Of a DNA stretch of 35,810 bases, positions 7,194-16,542 are shown in pieces; the first letter of the stretch is position 1, and each line of letters begins with the position of its first letter. This DNA is from Bacteroidales bacterium (GTDB lineage Bacteria > Bacteroidota > Bacteroidia > Bacteroidales > UBA1556). The notes beneath the pieces were generated by a model, which ran no database searches, had not been told where the DNA came from, and was given only the letters and a program-made list of their open reading frames with translations. The DNA is taken from the NCBI GenBank assembly GCA_029939445.1, contig JAOZSY010000004.1, forward strand, positions 1 through 35,810, read 5' to 3'. The position numbers were made by a program, and so were the translations under genes.

Positions 7194-8234
7194 ATGAGTA
7201 ATGAACCAATTATATTAGGAATAGAGTCGTCGTGCGATGATACCTCTGCGGCAGTTTTGCAAGGGCAAAAGATATTATCAAATATTATTGCAGGACAAGA
7301 TGTACATAAGAAATATGGTGGTGTTGTTCCTGAGCTTGCTTCAAGGGCTCATCAGCAAAATATTATTCCTGTAATAGATCAAGCAATTAAGCAATCTGGA
7401 GTTTCTAAATCTGATATTTCGGCAATAGCAATTACTCGTGGTCCTGGCCTGCTAGGCTCTTTATTGGTAGGTACTTCGTTTACTAAAGCCTTAAGCCTTG
7501 GCCTTGATATTCCTATGCTTGAGGTAGATCATTTGCAAGCACATATTCTTGCTCATTTTATAGACCAAGGACAGGATATGCCCCAATTCCCTTTTTTATG
7601 TCTTACAGTATCGGGAGGTCATACACAGATAGTGAAAGTTAACGACTATTTCGATATGGAAATTATTGGAAATACTATTGACGATGCTGCAGGTGAGGCT
7701 TTTGATAAAACAGCAAAAATACTTGGTCTTCCTTACCCTGGAGGCCCACATATTGATCGGCTTGCTAAAATTGGCAATGAGAATAGATTTGCCTTCCCTT
7801 TTCCTAAAATTCAAGGTTTGAATTTTAGCTTTAGCGGTATTAAAACTTCTTTTCTTTATTTTGTGCGCGATGAACTAAAGAAGAATGATAACTTTATTGA
7901 AGAAAATCAGGCTGATTTGGCTGCTTCTATGCAAAAGTTGATTGTAGATATTCTTATGGGAAAACTGAAAAGAGCTTCCAAAGAAACAGGAATAAGACAA
8001 ATTGCAATAGCGGGAGGAGTGTCTGCAAATTCGGGATTAAGAGACGCACTAAAAGAGGGCGAAAATAAATTCGGTTGGAAAGCTTATATTCCAGAGTTTC
8101 AGTTTACTACCGATAATGCAGCAATGATTTCCATTGCTGGATATTTTAAATACCTAAATAAAGAATTCTTACCAATGGATTTTGTGCCTTATTCGAGAGC
8201 TTTGCACAAAAAGAAAAAGAGTAATGTAAAGTAA
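7194..8234 (+). CDS. tsaD: tRNA N6-adenosine threonylcarbamoyltransferase
   Basis: 346 aa. ILGIESSCDDTSAAV, GGVVPELASRAHQ, LTVSGGHTQ and AGEAFDKTAKILGLPYPGGP are canonical Kae1/TsaD motifs. Confidence 0.95.
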   Translation: MSNEPIILGIESSCDDTSAAVLQGQKILSNIIAGQDVHKKYGGVVPELASRAHQQNIIPVIDQAIKQSGVSKSDISAIAITRGPGLLGSLLVGTSFTKALSLGLDIPMLEVDHLQAHILAHFIDQGQDMPQFPFLCLTVSGGHTQIVKVNDYFDMEIIGNTIDDAAGEAFDKTAKILGLPYPGGPHIDRLAKIGNENRFAFPFPKIQGLNFSFSGIKTSFLYFVRDELKKNDNFIEENQADLAASMQKLIVDILMGKLKRASKETGIRQIAIAGGVSANSGLRDALKEGENKFGWKAYIPEFQFTTDNAAMISIAGYFKYLNKEFLPMDFVPYSRALHKKKKSNVK

Positions 8235-8289
8235 GTTCGATTTGTAGATGACTAAATTATTAAACTGTTAAAGTGTTGAATGCTAAATT

Positions 8290-8700
8290 ATGAAGATTCT
8301 AATTTTATGTACAGGCAATAGCTGTCGCAGTCAAATGGCTGAAGCTTTCTTAAACAATATGAATGGAATTATAGCCTTTTCGGCAGGAACAAATCCAAGC
8401 AAAAGAGTACATCCTTTGGCCATAAAAGTTATGCAAGAGGAGGGGATAGATATTAGCAATAATAAACCTAAGAATTCTGATGTTTTCATTAATGATAGTT
8501 TTGACTTTGTAATTACTGTTTGTGACAATGCCAAGGAAAGTTGCCCGATTTTTACTGGCGATGTGAGAAAGCAATTACATATTGGTTTTGAAGACCCTGA
8601 TGAAGTAGAAGGTAGCGATGAGTTTATTCTCTCGGAATTTAGAAGAATTAGAGATGAAATAAAAATAGCTTTTGATGAATTTATCGAGTCGGTAAAATAA
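8290..8700 (+). CDS. arsC: Arsenate reductase, thioredoxin-coupled LMW-PTP type
   Basis: 136 aa. P-loop CTGNSCRSQMAE plus the downstream Cys pair in VCDNAKESCP, which is the Cys10/Cys82/Cys89 pattern of the Bacillus-type enzyme. Confidence 0.8.
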   Translation: MKILILCTGNSCRSQMAEAFLNNMNGIIAFSAGTNPSKRVHPLAIKVMQEEGIDISNNKPKNSDVFINDSFDFVITVCDNAKESCPIFTGDVRKQLHIGFEDPDEVEGSDEFILSEFRRIRDEIKIAFDEFIESVK

Positions 8701-8756
8701 CATAAGTTTATTGCTTTTTAAACTGTTGTATTTTTCATAATTAGTTTATTAATTCA

Positions 8757-8764
8757 TACATTTG
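8757..8764 (+). promoter_or_regulatory. Bacteroidota -7 box (TACATTTG) upstream of the nitroreductase gene
   Basis: Exact TAnnTTTG match 38 nt before the ATG at 8802. Confidence 0.4.
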
Positions 8765-8801
8765 CATCTAAATTATAGTAACACAAAAATTATTTTAAAT
8801 A

Positions 8802-9554
8802 ATGAATGCATTAGATACAATTTTTAATCACAGAACCATAAGAAGTTATAAAAGTGATGAGATTTCCAAAGTTGTTTTGGATAATATATTGGAGGCTGCA
8901 ATACGCACTTCCACCACTGGTAATATGCAAGTTTATAGCATAATTGTTACTCAGGATGAGGAAAAGAAAAGTCAGCTTCATAAAATACATTTCGGACAAG
9001 GAATGATACTTGAAGCTCCGCTACTACTTACCTTTAATGCCGATTTTAATAGGTTTAATAAATGGTGCAATCAGCGAAATGCTGCTCCAGGTTATGACAA
9101 TTACCTTTCTTTCTTCACAGCGTCAATAGATGCTCTAATCGCAGCTCAGAACGCTACAATAGCTGCTGAGGCTCAGGGATTAGGAGTTTGTTATTTGGGA
9201 ACTACTACTTATCAGGCTCAAAAATTGATAGATTTCTTTAATCTGCCTCAAGGAGTTGTTCCTGTTACTACTTTAGTAATTGGTTATCCAAAAGATATTC
9301 CTGCTTTAGTAGATCGCCTGCCTGCTGATGCAGTAGTGCATTACGAAGAGTATAAAGACTATTCTGAAGCTGATATTGATAGAATTTATAAGGATAAAGA
9401 AGCTCTTGAAGAAACAAAGAAGCTGTTGGAAGAGAATGACTTGGAAACATTGGCGCAGATATTTACCAAAAATAGATATCCTAAGGCAATGAATGTTGAT
9501 TTTTCAAAATTATTTCTTGATGTTATAAAAAATCAAGGTTTTATGAATCAATAG
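8802..9554 (+). CDS. Nitroreductase-family NAD(P)H-dependent oxidoreductase (NfsA-like)
   Basis: 250 aa. N-terminal HRTIRSYKSDEIS..LDNILEAAIRTSTTGNMQ and a central GLGVCYLG are typical of the nitroreductase fold. Confidence 0.8.
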   Translation: MNALDTIFNHRTIRSYKSDEISKVVLDNILEAAIRTSTTGNMQVYSIIVTQDEEKKSQLHKIHFGQGMILEAPLLLTFNADFNRFNKWCNQRNAAPGYDNYLSFFTASIDALIAAQNATIAAEAQGLGVCYLGTTTYQAQKLIDFFNLPQGVVPVTTLVIGYPKDIPALVDRLPADAVVHYEEYKDYSEADIDRIYKDKEALEETKKLLEENDLETLAQIFTKNRYPKAMNVDFSKLFLDVIKNQGFMNQ

Positions 9555-9588
9555 TAATATTATTAATATATAATAGAAATTAGTATTA

Positions 9589-10647
9589 ATGCACAAGAAA
9601 GTAATTATTGCGGCTTTGGATTGGGGCTTGGGTCATGCTACTCGAATGATTCCAATTGTGCAGTATTATATCGATAAAGGCTGGCAGCCCATACTTGCTT
9701 CTTCTGGCGATGCTGCTATTCTTTGGCAACAGAGATTTCCTAATAAAACTGTTTATAACTTACCCGCTTATAATTTTACTTATAAGCATAAAACTATGGT
9801 AGGTAATGTGTTATCCCAAGTTCCAAAGATTAAGAAGGCCATAAAAGCTGAGAATGCTTATATTGATAAATTGGTGGATGAACATAAACCCGAGTTAATA
9901 ATCTCGGATAATAGGTATGGAGTTTATCACAGCAGAGTGAAGTCTGTTTTTATTACTCATCAGTTGCAAGTTTTACCACCATCGGCTTTGTCTTTTTCTT
10001 CGGCAATACTACGGAAGCTACATGAGCTTTTTATTGGTAATTTTACCGAGGTATGGGTTCCCGATTTTGGTGAAGAGAATAATCTCTCAGGAAAACTATC
10101 CCATGGTTTCGAATCCAAATTGAATATAAAATATATTGGACCATTAAGTAGATTTAAATTTGCAAATGAGCTTAGTCATAAAGAGTCTCATAATAAATTG
10201 CCAAATATTGTTGCATTAGTTTCGGGCCCTGAACCTGCTAGGGGGGAGTTTGAAGCGATTTTGAGAAAGCAATTGGGAGATTATAAAGGTAATTATGTGC
10301 TTTTGTTGGGAAAACCAGGAGAAGTAAATGCGGAGTCTGATAATAAAATATATAATCATTTACAAGATTCCGAACTTGAAAGAGAGTTTCAGGCTGCTGA
10401 CTTGCTAATATCTCGTAGTGGTTATTCTACAATAATGGATTTGTATAATCTTAGAAAAAAAGCTGTGTTTATTCCCACCCCAGGGCAAACTGAGCAGGAG
10501 TATTTAGCTGATAGGTTTATGGGGTTAGGAATGTTTTTCACTATGCCACAAGGCGAGTTTAACTTGAATATAGCTATTGAGGAGTATAATAAATATAGTG
10601 GTTTTGAGGTAATCGATAATCAACCTCTAGCCTCCCTCCACCATTAA
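9589..10647 (+). CDS. Glycosyltransferase, GT28/MurG-like (GT-B fold) family
   Basis: 352 aa. N-terminal DWGLGHATR and C-terminal ISRSGYSTIMD...PTPGQTEQEYLA resemble the GT28 C-terminal nucleotide-sugar-binding region. The substrate is unknown. Confidence 0.65.
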   Translation: MHKKVIIAALDWGLGHATRMIPIVQYYIDKGWQPILASSGDAAILWQQRFPNKTVYNLPAYNFTYKHKTMVGNVLSQVPKIKKAIKAENAYIDKLVDEHKPELIISDNRYGVYHSRVKSVFITHQLQVLPPSALSFSSAILRKLHELFIGNFTEVWVPDFGEENNLSGKLSHGFESKLNIKYIGPLSRFKFANELSHKESHNKLPNIVALVSGPEPARGEFEAILRKQLGDYKGNYVLLLGKPGEVNAESDNKIYNHLQDSELEREFQAADLLISRSGYSTIMDLYNLRKKAVFIPTPGQTEQEYLADRFMGLGMFFTMPQGEFNLNIAIEEYNKYSGFEVIDNQPLASLHH

Positions 10648-10696
10648 CCATTAATAATTAACCATTAACAATTAATAACTAACCATTAATAATTAA
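10641..10696. repeat. Short tandem array of ccattaa(t/c)aattaa units filling the gap between convergent genes
   Basis: ccattaa occurs at 10641, 10648, 10662 and 10683. The 14-nt units are at 10648-10661 and 10683-10696 (identical) and 10662-10675 (one change). The array covers the stop of the glycosyltransferase gene (10645-10647) and the miaB stop (10693-10695). Confidence 0.7.
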
Positions 10697-12018
10697 ATAA
10701 TCTCTCCCAATAAAGTACCAACTGTGCAGGATGTGCATTTTATATTTACGTAGTCACCAATTACAGTATTTTTTCTGTCAAAAACCATAACTTTGTTTTC
10801 GTCGCTTCTTCCCGACATTTGAGCTGTTGATCGTTTCGAAACATTCTCGACTAATACCCTGAAAACTTTCCCAATATCACGCTTATTGCTAGCTAAAGAA
10901 GTCTTTTGCTGCATATTTATTATCTCTGTAAGCCTTGCTGATTTCACAGCCTCATCTACATCGTCAGCCATTCTGTTGGCGGCAAAAGTATCTGGGCGTT
11001 CCGAGTACTTAAACATAAAAGCATAATCGTAACCAACTTCTTGCATTATTGCCACAGTTGCATTATGCTCTTCATCAGTTTCGCCACAAAACCCAGTAAT
11101 TATATCCGTAGATAGTCCGCAATTTGGAATAAGCGATTTTATCTTATTTATACGATTCATATACCATTCAATATCGTAGCTACGCTTCATGCGTTTAAGC
11201 ACATCGCTGCTTCCCGATTGTACAGGTAAATGTATAGAGTTACATATATTATTAGTATTAGCAATGGTTTCTATTAGCTCGTCAGAAATGTCTTTTGGAT
11301 GTGAAGTAGAAAACCTTATTCTTAATTCGGTAGAAACATTAGCAACTTGTTTCAATAGTTTTGAGAAGTTTAAGGTTTCATCGTCAGTTTTCCAATTATA
11401 AGAATTTACATTCTGCCCTAAAAGAGTAATCTCTTTATAGCCTTTTTTTAATAAATCTTTTGCCTCAGTAATAATAGACTTTGGATTTCTACTACGCTCA
11501 TGTCCTCTTGTATAAGGCACTACGCAATAAGAGCAGTAATTATCGCAGCCACGCATAATAGATATAAAAGCTGAAACTCCATTTCTGTCGAGTCGCACAG
11601 GAGTAATCTCTTCGTAAGTCTCTTCCAAAGAAAGTACTGTATTTGCCATCTGTCGCCCATCGCCAGTCTGACTAATCAAACTTGGCAAATCTCTATATGC
11701 ATCAGGTCCTACAACCATATCAATAAAAGATTCTTCTTCCAATAGTGTGTCTTTAAGCCTCTCTGCCATACATCCTAAAATACCTATTTTTAGATTAGGC
11801 TTTTTTCTTTTAAGATGCTTAAATTCTTGAATTCTATTTCTTACTTTTTTCTCAGCATTATCGCGAATAGAGCATGTGTTTACAAAAATTACATCAGCAT
11901 CCTTTGCCGCATCAGTAAGTTCATAGCCTTCTTTCTCGAGAATAGAAACCACAACTTCACTATCAGAAATATTCATCTGACATCCGTAAGTTTCTATAAA
12001 TAGTTTTTTAGAATTCAT
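10693..12018 (-). CDS. miaB: tRNA-2-methylthio-N6-dimethylallyladenosine synthase (radical SAM methylthiotransferase)
   Basis: 441 aa. UPF0004 domain (ETYGCQMNISDSE, NTCSIR, GCM), radical-SAM CxxxCxxC (CDNYCSYC) and a C-terminal TRAM domain. Confidence 0.9.
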   Translation of the reverse strand: MNSKKLFIETYGCQMNISDSEVVVSILEKEGYELTDAAKDADVIFVNTCSIRDNAEKKVRNRIQEFKHLKRKKPNLKIGILGCMAERLKDTLLEEESFIDMVVGPDAYRDLPSLISQTGDGRQMANTVLSLEETYEEITPVRLDRNGVSAFISIMRGCDNYCSYCVVPYTRGHERSRNPKSIITEAKDLLKKGYKEITLLGQNVNSYNWKTDDETLNFSKLLKQVANVSTELRIRFSTSHPKDISDELIETIANTNNICNSIHLPVQSGSSDVLKRMKRSYDIEWYMNRINKIKSLIPNCGLSTDIITGFCGETDEEHNATVAIMQEVGYDYAFMFKYSERPDTFAANRMADDVDEAVKSARLTEIINMQQKTSLASNKRDIGKVFRVLVENVSKRSTAQMSGRSDENKVMVFDRKNTVIGDYVNIKCTSCTVGTLLGEII

Positions 12019-12059
12019 ATATAAGTATTTTGAATTTTCTTTTTTAATATTACAGCCTG

Positions 12060-12067
12060 CAAATTTA
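12060..12067 (-). promoter_or_regulatory. Bacteroidota -7 box (TAAATTTG) upstream of miaB
   Basis: Exact TAnnTTTG match on the minus strand, about 40 nt upstream of the miaB ATG. Confidence 0.4.
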
Positions 12068-12284
12068 CATCAAAAAGCTAGTAAACAATATTTAAGATTT
12101 GTAATAGTTATTAATTTGATAAAATGTAGAGTTTTACTATCAAAAAATGATTTTTTACGACGAAATTAATGAGCTTAGATATCAAAAGTAAAACATACTA
12201 CCATTAAATGGCGTTTATAACTATCATAAAACCAAAGATATACAGTAAAGTTTTCTTATAAAATAGAAATGATAATAAAATTTA

Positions 12285-12292
12285 TAACTTTG
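12285..12292 (+). promoter_or_regulatory. Bacteroidota -7 box (TAACTTTG) upstream of topA
   Basis: Exact TAnnTTTG match about 135 nt before the topA ATG. This would give a long leader, so the assignment is tentative. Confidence 0.3.
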
Positions 12293-12427
12293 CAACCGCT
12301 TTTTACGAATATCATATCAGCCTAATCTTATTATAAGAAAGTGGCATGTATATTTAATGTATCTAATTGTTTTTTAGACAAAAAGCTTAGAATAAAAAAA
12401 TAGAATAATCAATTTTAAAATTATAAT

Positions 12428-14842
12428 ATGGCTAAGAATCTTTTAATTGTCGAGTCACCTGCAAAGGCAAAAACTATCAATAAATATTTAGGAAAAGACT
12501 TTATTGTAAAATCCAGCTTTGGACATATTCGTGATTTAGCGAAGAAAGATTTAGGAATAGATATTGAAAATGATTTTAAGCCAGTATATGTTGTTGATCC
12601 TGACAAAAAGAAAATTGTTAGCGAACTTAAGAAACTTAGTAAAGAAGCAGAAACTGTTTGGCTAGCATCAGATGAGGATCGCGAAGGGGAGGCCATTGCT
12701 TGGCACCTTGCAGAGACTCTTAAGCTTGATAAATCAAAGACTAAAAGAATAGTTTTTCATGAAATTACTAAAGAAGCAATTGTAAATGCTGTGGAGAATC
12801 CTCGTGATATTGATTATAACTTGGTTGATGCTCAGCAAGCACGCCGTGTTCTGGATAGAATTGTAGGATTTGAGCTTTCCCCATTATTATGGAAAAAAAT
12901 AAGGCCATCACTATCAGCAGGCAGGGTGCAATCTGTTGCTGTACGACTTATAGTGGAGCGTGAGAAAAGTATTAATGATTTTAAGACTAGCTCATCATAT
13001 AAAGTAAGTGCAGAGTTTGAGAATGAGAAAGGATCTAAATATAAATCGGAGCTTTCTACCAAATTCACGAAAAAAGAAGAAGCCTTAGCATTCCTTGAAG
13101 ATTGTAAGAATCATAATTTCAAGGTTTCAAAAGTGGAAAAGAAACCTGCAAAAAGAACTCCTGCAGCTCCATTTACAACATCATCGCTACAGCAAGAAGC
13201 TAACAGAAAGATGGGTTATTCGGTTTCTAAAACCATGACTCTAGCTCAACAGTTATATGAGGCTGGTCATATTACTTATATGAGAACAGATTCTATCAAT
13301 CTTTCTAATTTGGCAATAAAAATGGCTAAGGAAGAAATAGTTGGTCTTTATGGAGCGGAGTTCTCTAATGTAAGAAATTTTAAAACAAAAATTAAAGGTG
13401 CTCAAGAGGCTCACGAGGCAATTCGCCCTACTGATATGAGCCTAAAAGTTGCGGGAAAAGATGCTCAGCAAAAGCGCATCTACGATCTAATACTTAAACG
13501 TACTTTGGCTTCGCAAATGAGTGATGCTAAATTAGAAAAAACTATAATTACCATTGATTCGCCAACTCAGAAGTATAGTTTTATTACTCGTGGCGAAGTT
13601 GTTATTTTCGATGGTTTCTTAAAAGTATATCAAGCAGCTCAAGACGAAGATGTGGAAGCTGATGAGATGGAAGAAGGAATGCTTCCGGCAACTGAAGCGG
13701 GTGATAATCTTGATTATAATAATATAAGCGCTGTGCAGCGATTTGCTAAGCAGCCACCTCGTTTTTCGGAGGCATCTTTAGTTAAGAAAATGGAAGAACT
13801 TGGTATAGGTCGCCCTTCTACTTATGCTCCTACAATTTCTACTATTCTGAATCGTGGATATGTTGTTAAGGATGAAATAGAGGGCGTTAAAAGAGATTAT
13901 ACAGAGCTTACTTTGGAATTGCAAAATATTTCGGAAGCAATAAATACAGAAAATGCTGGTGCATCAAAGGGGAAACTTAGCCCTACAGATATTGGTAAAA
14001 TTGTTAATGAATTTCTTGTTAAATATTTTGAAAAAATTCTCAGTTATGACTTTACGGCAAGAGCAGAAAAAGAATTTGATGCTATTGCCGCAGGAGATTC
14101 ACAATGGAATACCAGAATTAAAGAATTTTATTCAGACTTTCATGCGCAGGTAGTAGATACTACCGAAACTGCAGAACGTCATAGTGGAGAGCGACAACTT
14201 GGTGTTGACCCCGTAACTGGAAAGAATGTAATTGTACGTATGGGTAAATTTGGCCCAATAGTACAAATTGGAGAAGCTGTTGGCGAAGAAAAACCTAGGT
14301 TTGCAGGATTGCAAAAGGGGCAGTTCTTAGAGTCGATAAGTTTTGAAGATGCTATGGAATTATTCAAGTTTCCTCGAAAAATGGGCGAATTTGAGGATAA
14401 AGTAGTAACTGTGGCAATTGGTCGTTTTGGACCTTATGTGCGCCACGATTCAAAGTTTTTTTCTCTTCCGAAAGAGGATAATCCTGCTTCTGTAGATTTT
14501 GCTAGAGCAGTTGAGATTATTGAAGCTAAGCGTCAAAAAGATAAAGAGAATACTATTAAGGTTTTTGCTGAAGAGCCAGGCTTAATTATTATGAATGGTC
14601 GTTTTGGCCCTTATATATCCTTTGAAAAGCGGAATTATAAAATTGCTAAGACTACTGATCCAACGGCCCTAACACTTGACGATTGTAAGGAGATTATTGA
14701 AAAAGCTCCTGCCAAAAAAGGTGCAAAGAAGAAGCCTGCAGCTAAGAAAAAAGCTCCAGTAAAAAAGAAAACTACTAAGAAGAAAACAACTACAAAAAAG
14801 AAGACAGTTAAGAAATCAACAACACCTAAAAAGACAAAATAA
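12428..14842 (+). CDS. topA: DNA topoisomerase I (type IA) with cysteine-free C-terminal repeats and a lysine-rich tail
   Basis: 804 aa. TOPRIM (LLIVESPAKAKTI, SDEDREGEAIAWH), active-site region (ITYMRTDS), C-terminal GKFGP/GRFGPY repeats and a terminal KKKPAAKKKAPVKKKTTKKK tail. Confidence 0.95.
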   Translation: MAKNLLIVESPAKAKTINKYLGKDFIVKSSFGHIRDLAKKDLGIDIENDFKPVYVVDPDKKKIVSELKKLSKEAETVWLASDEDREGEAIAWHLAETLKLDKSKTKRIVFHEITKEAIVNAVENPRDIDYNLVDAQQARRVLDRIVGFELSPLLWKKIRPSLSAGRVQSVAVRLIVEREKSINDFKTSSSYKVSAEFENEKGSKYKSELSTKFTKKEEALAFLEDCKNHNFKVSKVEKKPAKRTPAAPFTTSSLQQEANRKMGYSVSKTMTLAQQLYEAGHITYMRTDSINLSNLAIKMAKEEIVGLYGAEFSNVRNFKTKIKGAQEAHEAIRPTDMSLKVAGKDAQQKRIYDLILKRTLASQMSDAKLEKTIITIDSPTQKYSFITRGEVVIFDGFLKVYQAAQDEDVEADEMEEGMLPATEAGDNLDYNNISAVQRFAKQPPRFSEASLVKKMEELGIGRPSTYAPTISTILNRGYVVKDEIEGVKRDYTELTLELQNISEAINTENAGASKGKLSPTDIGKIVNEFLVKYFEKILSYDFTARAEKEFDAIAAGDSQWNTRIKEFYSDFHAQVVDTTETAERHSGERQLGVDPVTGKNVIVRMGKFGPIVQIGEAVGEEKPRFAGLQKGQFLESISFEDAMELFKFPRKMGEFEDKVVTVAIGRFGPYVRHDSKFFSLPKEDNPASVDFARAVEIIEAKRQKDKENTIKVFAEEPGLIIMNGRFGPYISFEKRNYKIAKTTDPTALTLDDCKEIIEKAPAKKGAKKKPAAKKKAPVKKKTTKKKTTTKKKTVKKSTTPKKTK

Positions 14843-14845
14843 TAA

Positions 14846-16021
14846 ATGGATCTTTCGATTTATCTAAATAGTATAGAAATTCCTGATTTTGAATACGATA
14901 ATGAAACGTCTAATCGTCAATTAGGCGATATTTTTAAGGTTAATAGTATTGAGAAGGGGGTTCCTGACCTAGAAGGTGTACATATGGCTATTATTGGAGT
15001 TACGGAATCTCGTAATTCTGTGAATAATTATGGCTGTAGTAAAGCTCCTGATGAGGTAAGAAAACACCTTTATAAACTATTTTTGGTTGATGAGAATATT
15101 AAAGTTGTAGACCTTGGTAATATTAAGGCTGGCTTTAATATAGAAGACACATATTTTGCAGTTAAGGTAGTTGTAGAATATCTTATTAAAAACGATATTA
15201 TTCCAATAATTATTGGAGGTTCTCAAGATATTACTTATGCTAATTATACAGCTTATGAGCATATGGGGCAAGTTATTAATATTGCTTCAATAGATTCATC
15301 TTTCGATTTGGGAAATTCTGATGAAGTATTTAATTCTCGATCATATTTGAGTAAGATAATAATGCATCAACCTAATTTCCTATTTAATTATACTAATATT
15401 GGCTACCAATCTTATTTTGTGGATCAAAAGGCTGTGAAACTTATGCAATCAATGTATTTTGATGTTCATAGATTAGGCGCTATGCGTAATAATATGGAAG
15501 AAGTTGAACCTTTAGTGAGAAATGCTGATTTAGTCAGCTTTGATATTAGTGCTATTCGTCAGAACGAAGCGCCAGCAAATGAAAACACTTCGCCAAATGG
15601 ATTTAATGGAGAAGAGGCTTGTCGTATTGCCCGCTACGCTGGTATAAGTGATAAACTGACTTCTTTTGGTCTTTATGAGATAAATCCTGAAAAAGATTTT
15701 AATGGAATGACTGCCCATCTTGCTGCTCAAATTATATGGTATTTTATGGATGGATTTTATAATAGAAAAGGAGATTTCCCTCATAAACAAAAAGAGAATT
15801 ATAAGAAATACAATGTAGGCGTTGATGGAAAGGAGCATTCCATAGTTTTTTACGAAAGCCTACGCAGTGGTCGATGGTGGATGGAAGTTCCGCTAGGTAA
15901 CGAAAATGAAGATAAATACAAACGTCATTATATGCTGCCTTGCTCTAGTCAAGATTATAAATCAGCATTGGATAGAGATATCCCTGATAGATGGTGGCAG
16001 GTTTACCAAAAAATGATGTAA
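14846..16021 (+). CDS. Arginase/formiminoglutamase-fold (ureohydrolase superfamily) protein, probably with a degenerate metal site
   Basis: 391 aa, starting 3 nt after the topA stop. Fold-typical blocks are present in the right order (HMAIIGV; IIIGGSQDIT; INIASIDSSFD; LVSFDISAIRQNEAP; FGLYEINPEKD). The canonical GGDHS / DAHxD / DxDxxDP ligand residues are partly replaced. Confidence 0.65.
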   Translation: MDLSIYLNSIEIPDFEYDNETSNRQLGDIFKVNSIEKGVPDLEGVHMAIIGVTESRNSVNNYGCSKAPDEVRKHLYKLFLVDENIKVVDLGNIKAGFNIEDTYFAVKVVVEYLIKNDIIPIIIGGSQDITYANYTAYEHMGQVINIASIDSSFDLGNSDEVFNSRSYLSKIIMHQPNFLFNYTNIGYQSYFVDQKAVKLMQSMYFDVHRLGAMRNNMEEVEPLVRNADLVSFDISAIRQNEAPANENTSPNGFNGEEACRIARYAGISDKLTSFGLYEINPEKDFNGMTAHLAAQIIWYFMDGFYNRKGDFPHKQKENYKKYNVGVDGKEHSIVFYESLRSGRWWMEVPLGNENEDKYKRHYMLPCSSQDYKSALDRDIPDRWWQVYQKMM

Positions 16022-16031
16022 TAGTAGCATC

Positions 16032-16070
16032 AAAGAGTCTAAGTTTCTTATAAGTTTAGACTCTTTTTAT
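16032..16070 (+). terminator. Rho-independent terminator after the topA/arginase-fold pair
   Basis: Perfect 11-bp stem aaagagtctaa (16032-16042) with ttagactcttt (16056-16066), extendable by wobble pairs, followed by a T-run. Confidence 0.7.
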
Positions 16071-16542
16071 TTATGCCTATTTGGACTAAAATAACCCACC
16101 ATATTGAGTTAATAATTAAGTGGTATTCTCACCGTTTTTAACTACTTTATATGGCAAGTTTCTCTTTGTTTTTTAACAAAAAGCAAGAAAAACAACAATA
16201 AGTTATAACAAAAATGTAATTATAGCTCACAAGTATTGTCATAAAAGTTTATTATATTTGTATCGTAATAGTGAGGCTTAGTTAATTTGATGGTGTAGTT
16301 ATAGTTATTTATAAGATACAATAAATCAGTAGTATATAGCTACTTTTATTTGATTTTTTTATCATTATTTTAATTTTTAGAAGAGTAAATTTTGAGAATA
16401 AGAATAAGCTATGAAAAGTTATAAACATTACTGCTAATAGAATGATTAAAAAATATTTGCATTAATACTCTTTTATTAAATTATGTTAAACTTTTTTTTA
16501 TACTTTAGCCACTTGTTTATATACAAGCACAAACATAACAAT

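Noticed and set aside
12421-12696. 91-aa minus-strand ORF antisense to the 5' end of topA. The same applies to the other antisense or out-of-frame ORFs in the track: 4812-5105, 7596-7814, 8331-8574, 8811-8999, 9268-9450, 11189-11401, 11815-12003, 12832-13068, 13953-14367, 15077-15271, 15530-15838, 17649-18160, 19619-19810, 21173-21394, 22030-22344, 23450-23641, 28922-29155, 30413-30598 and 31950-32201.
   Set aside because: Each lies entirely inside a much longer ORF with clear family motifs. Their translations are low-complexity (Ser/Ile/Phe/Leu-rich), as expected from the reverse frames of AT-rich coding DNA, and none has its own promoter box or a plausible function.
14704-14839. Repetitive aag/aaa-rich stretch that looks like a nucleotide repeat
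   Set aside because: It is simply the coding sequence of the lysine-rich TopA tail in frame with the gene, not an independent repeat element or CRISPR-like array.
16483-16542. Upstream ATG giving PorP a 20-aa N-terminal extension (MLNFFLYFSHLFIYKHKHNN)
   Set aside because: The Met at 16543 is followed by a textbook signal peptide (MKQFLLMVSIVFISVLAVGQQ), and the extension would bury it. I kept the shorter form, although the longer start cannot be excluded without data.
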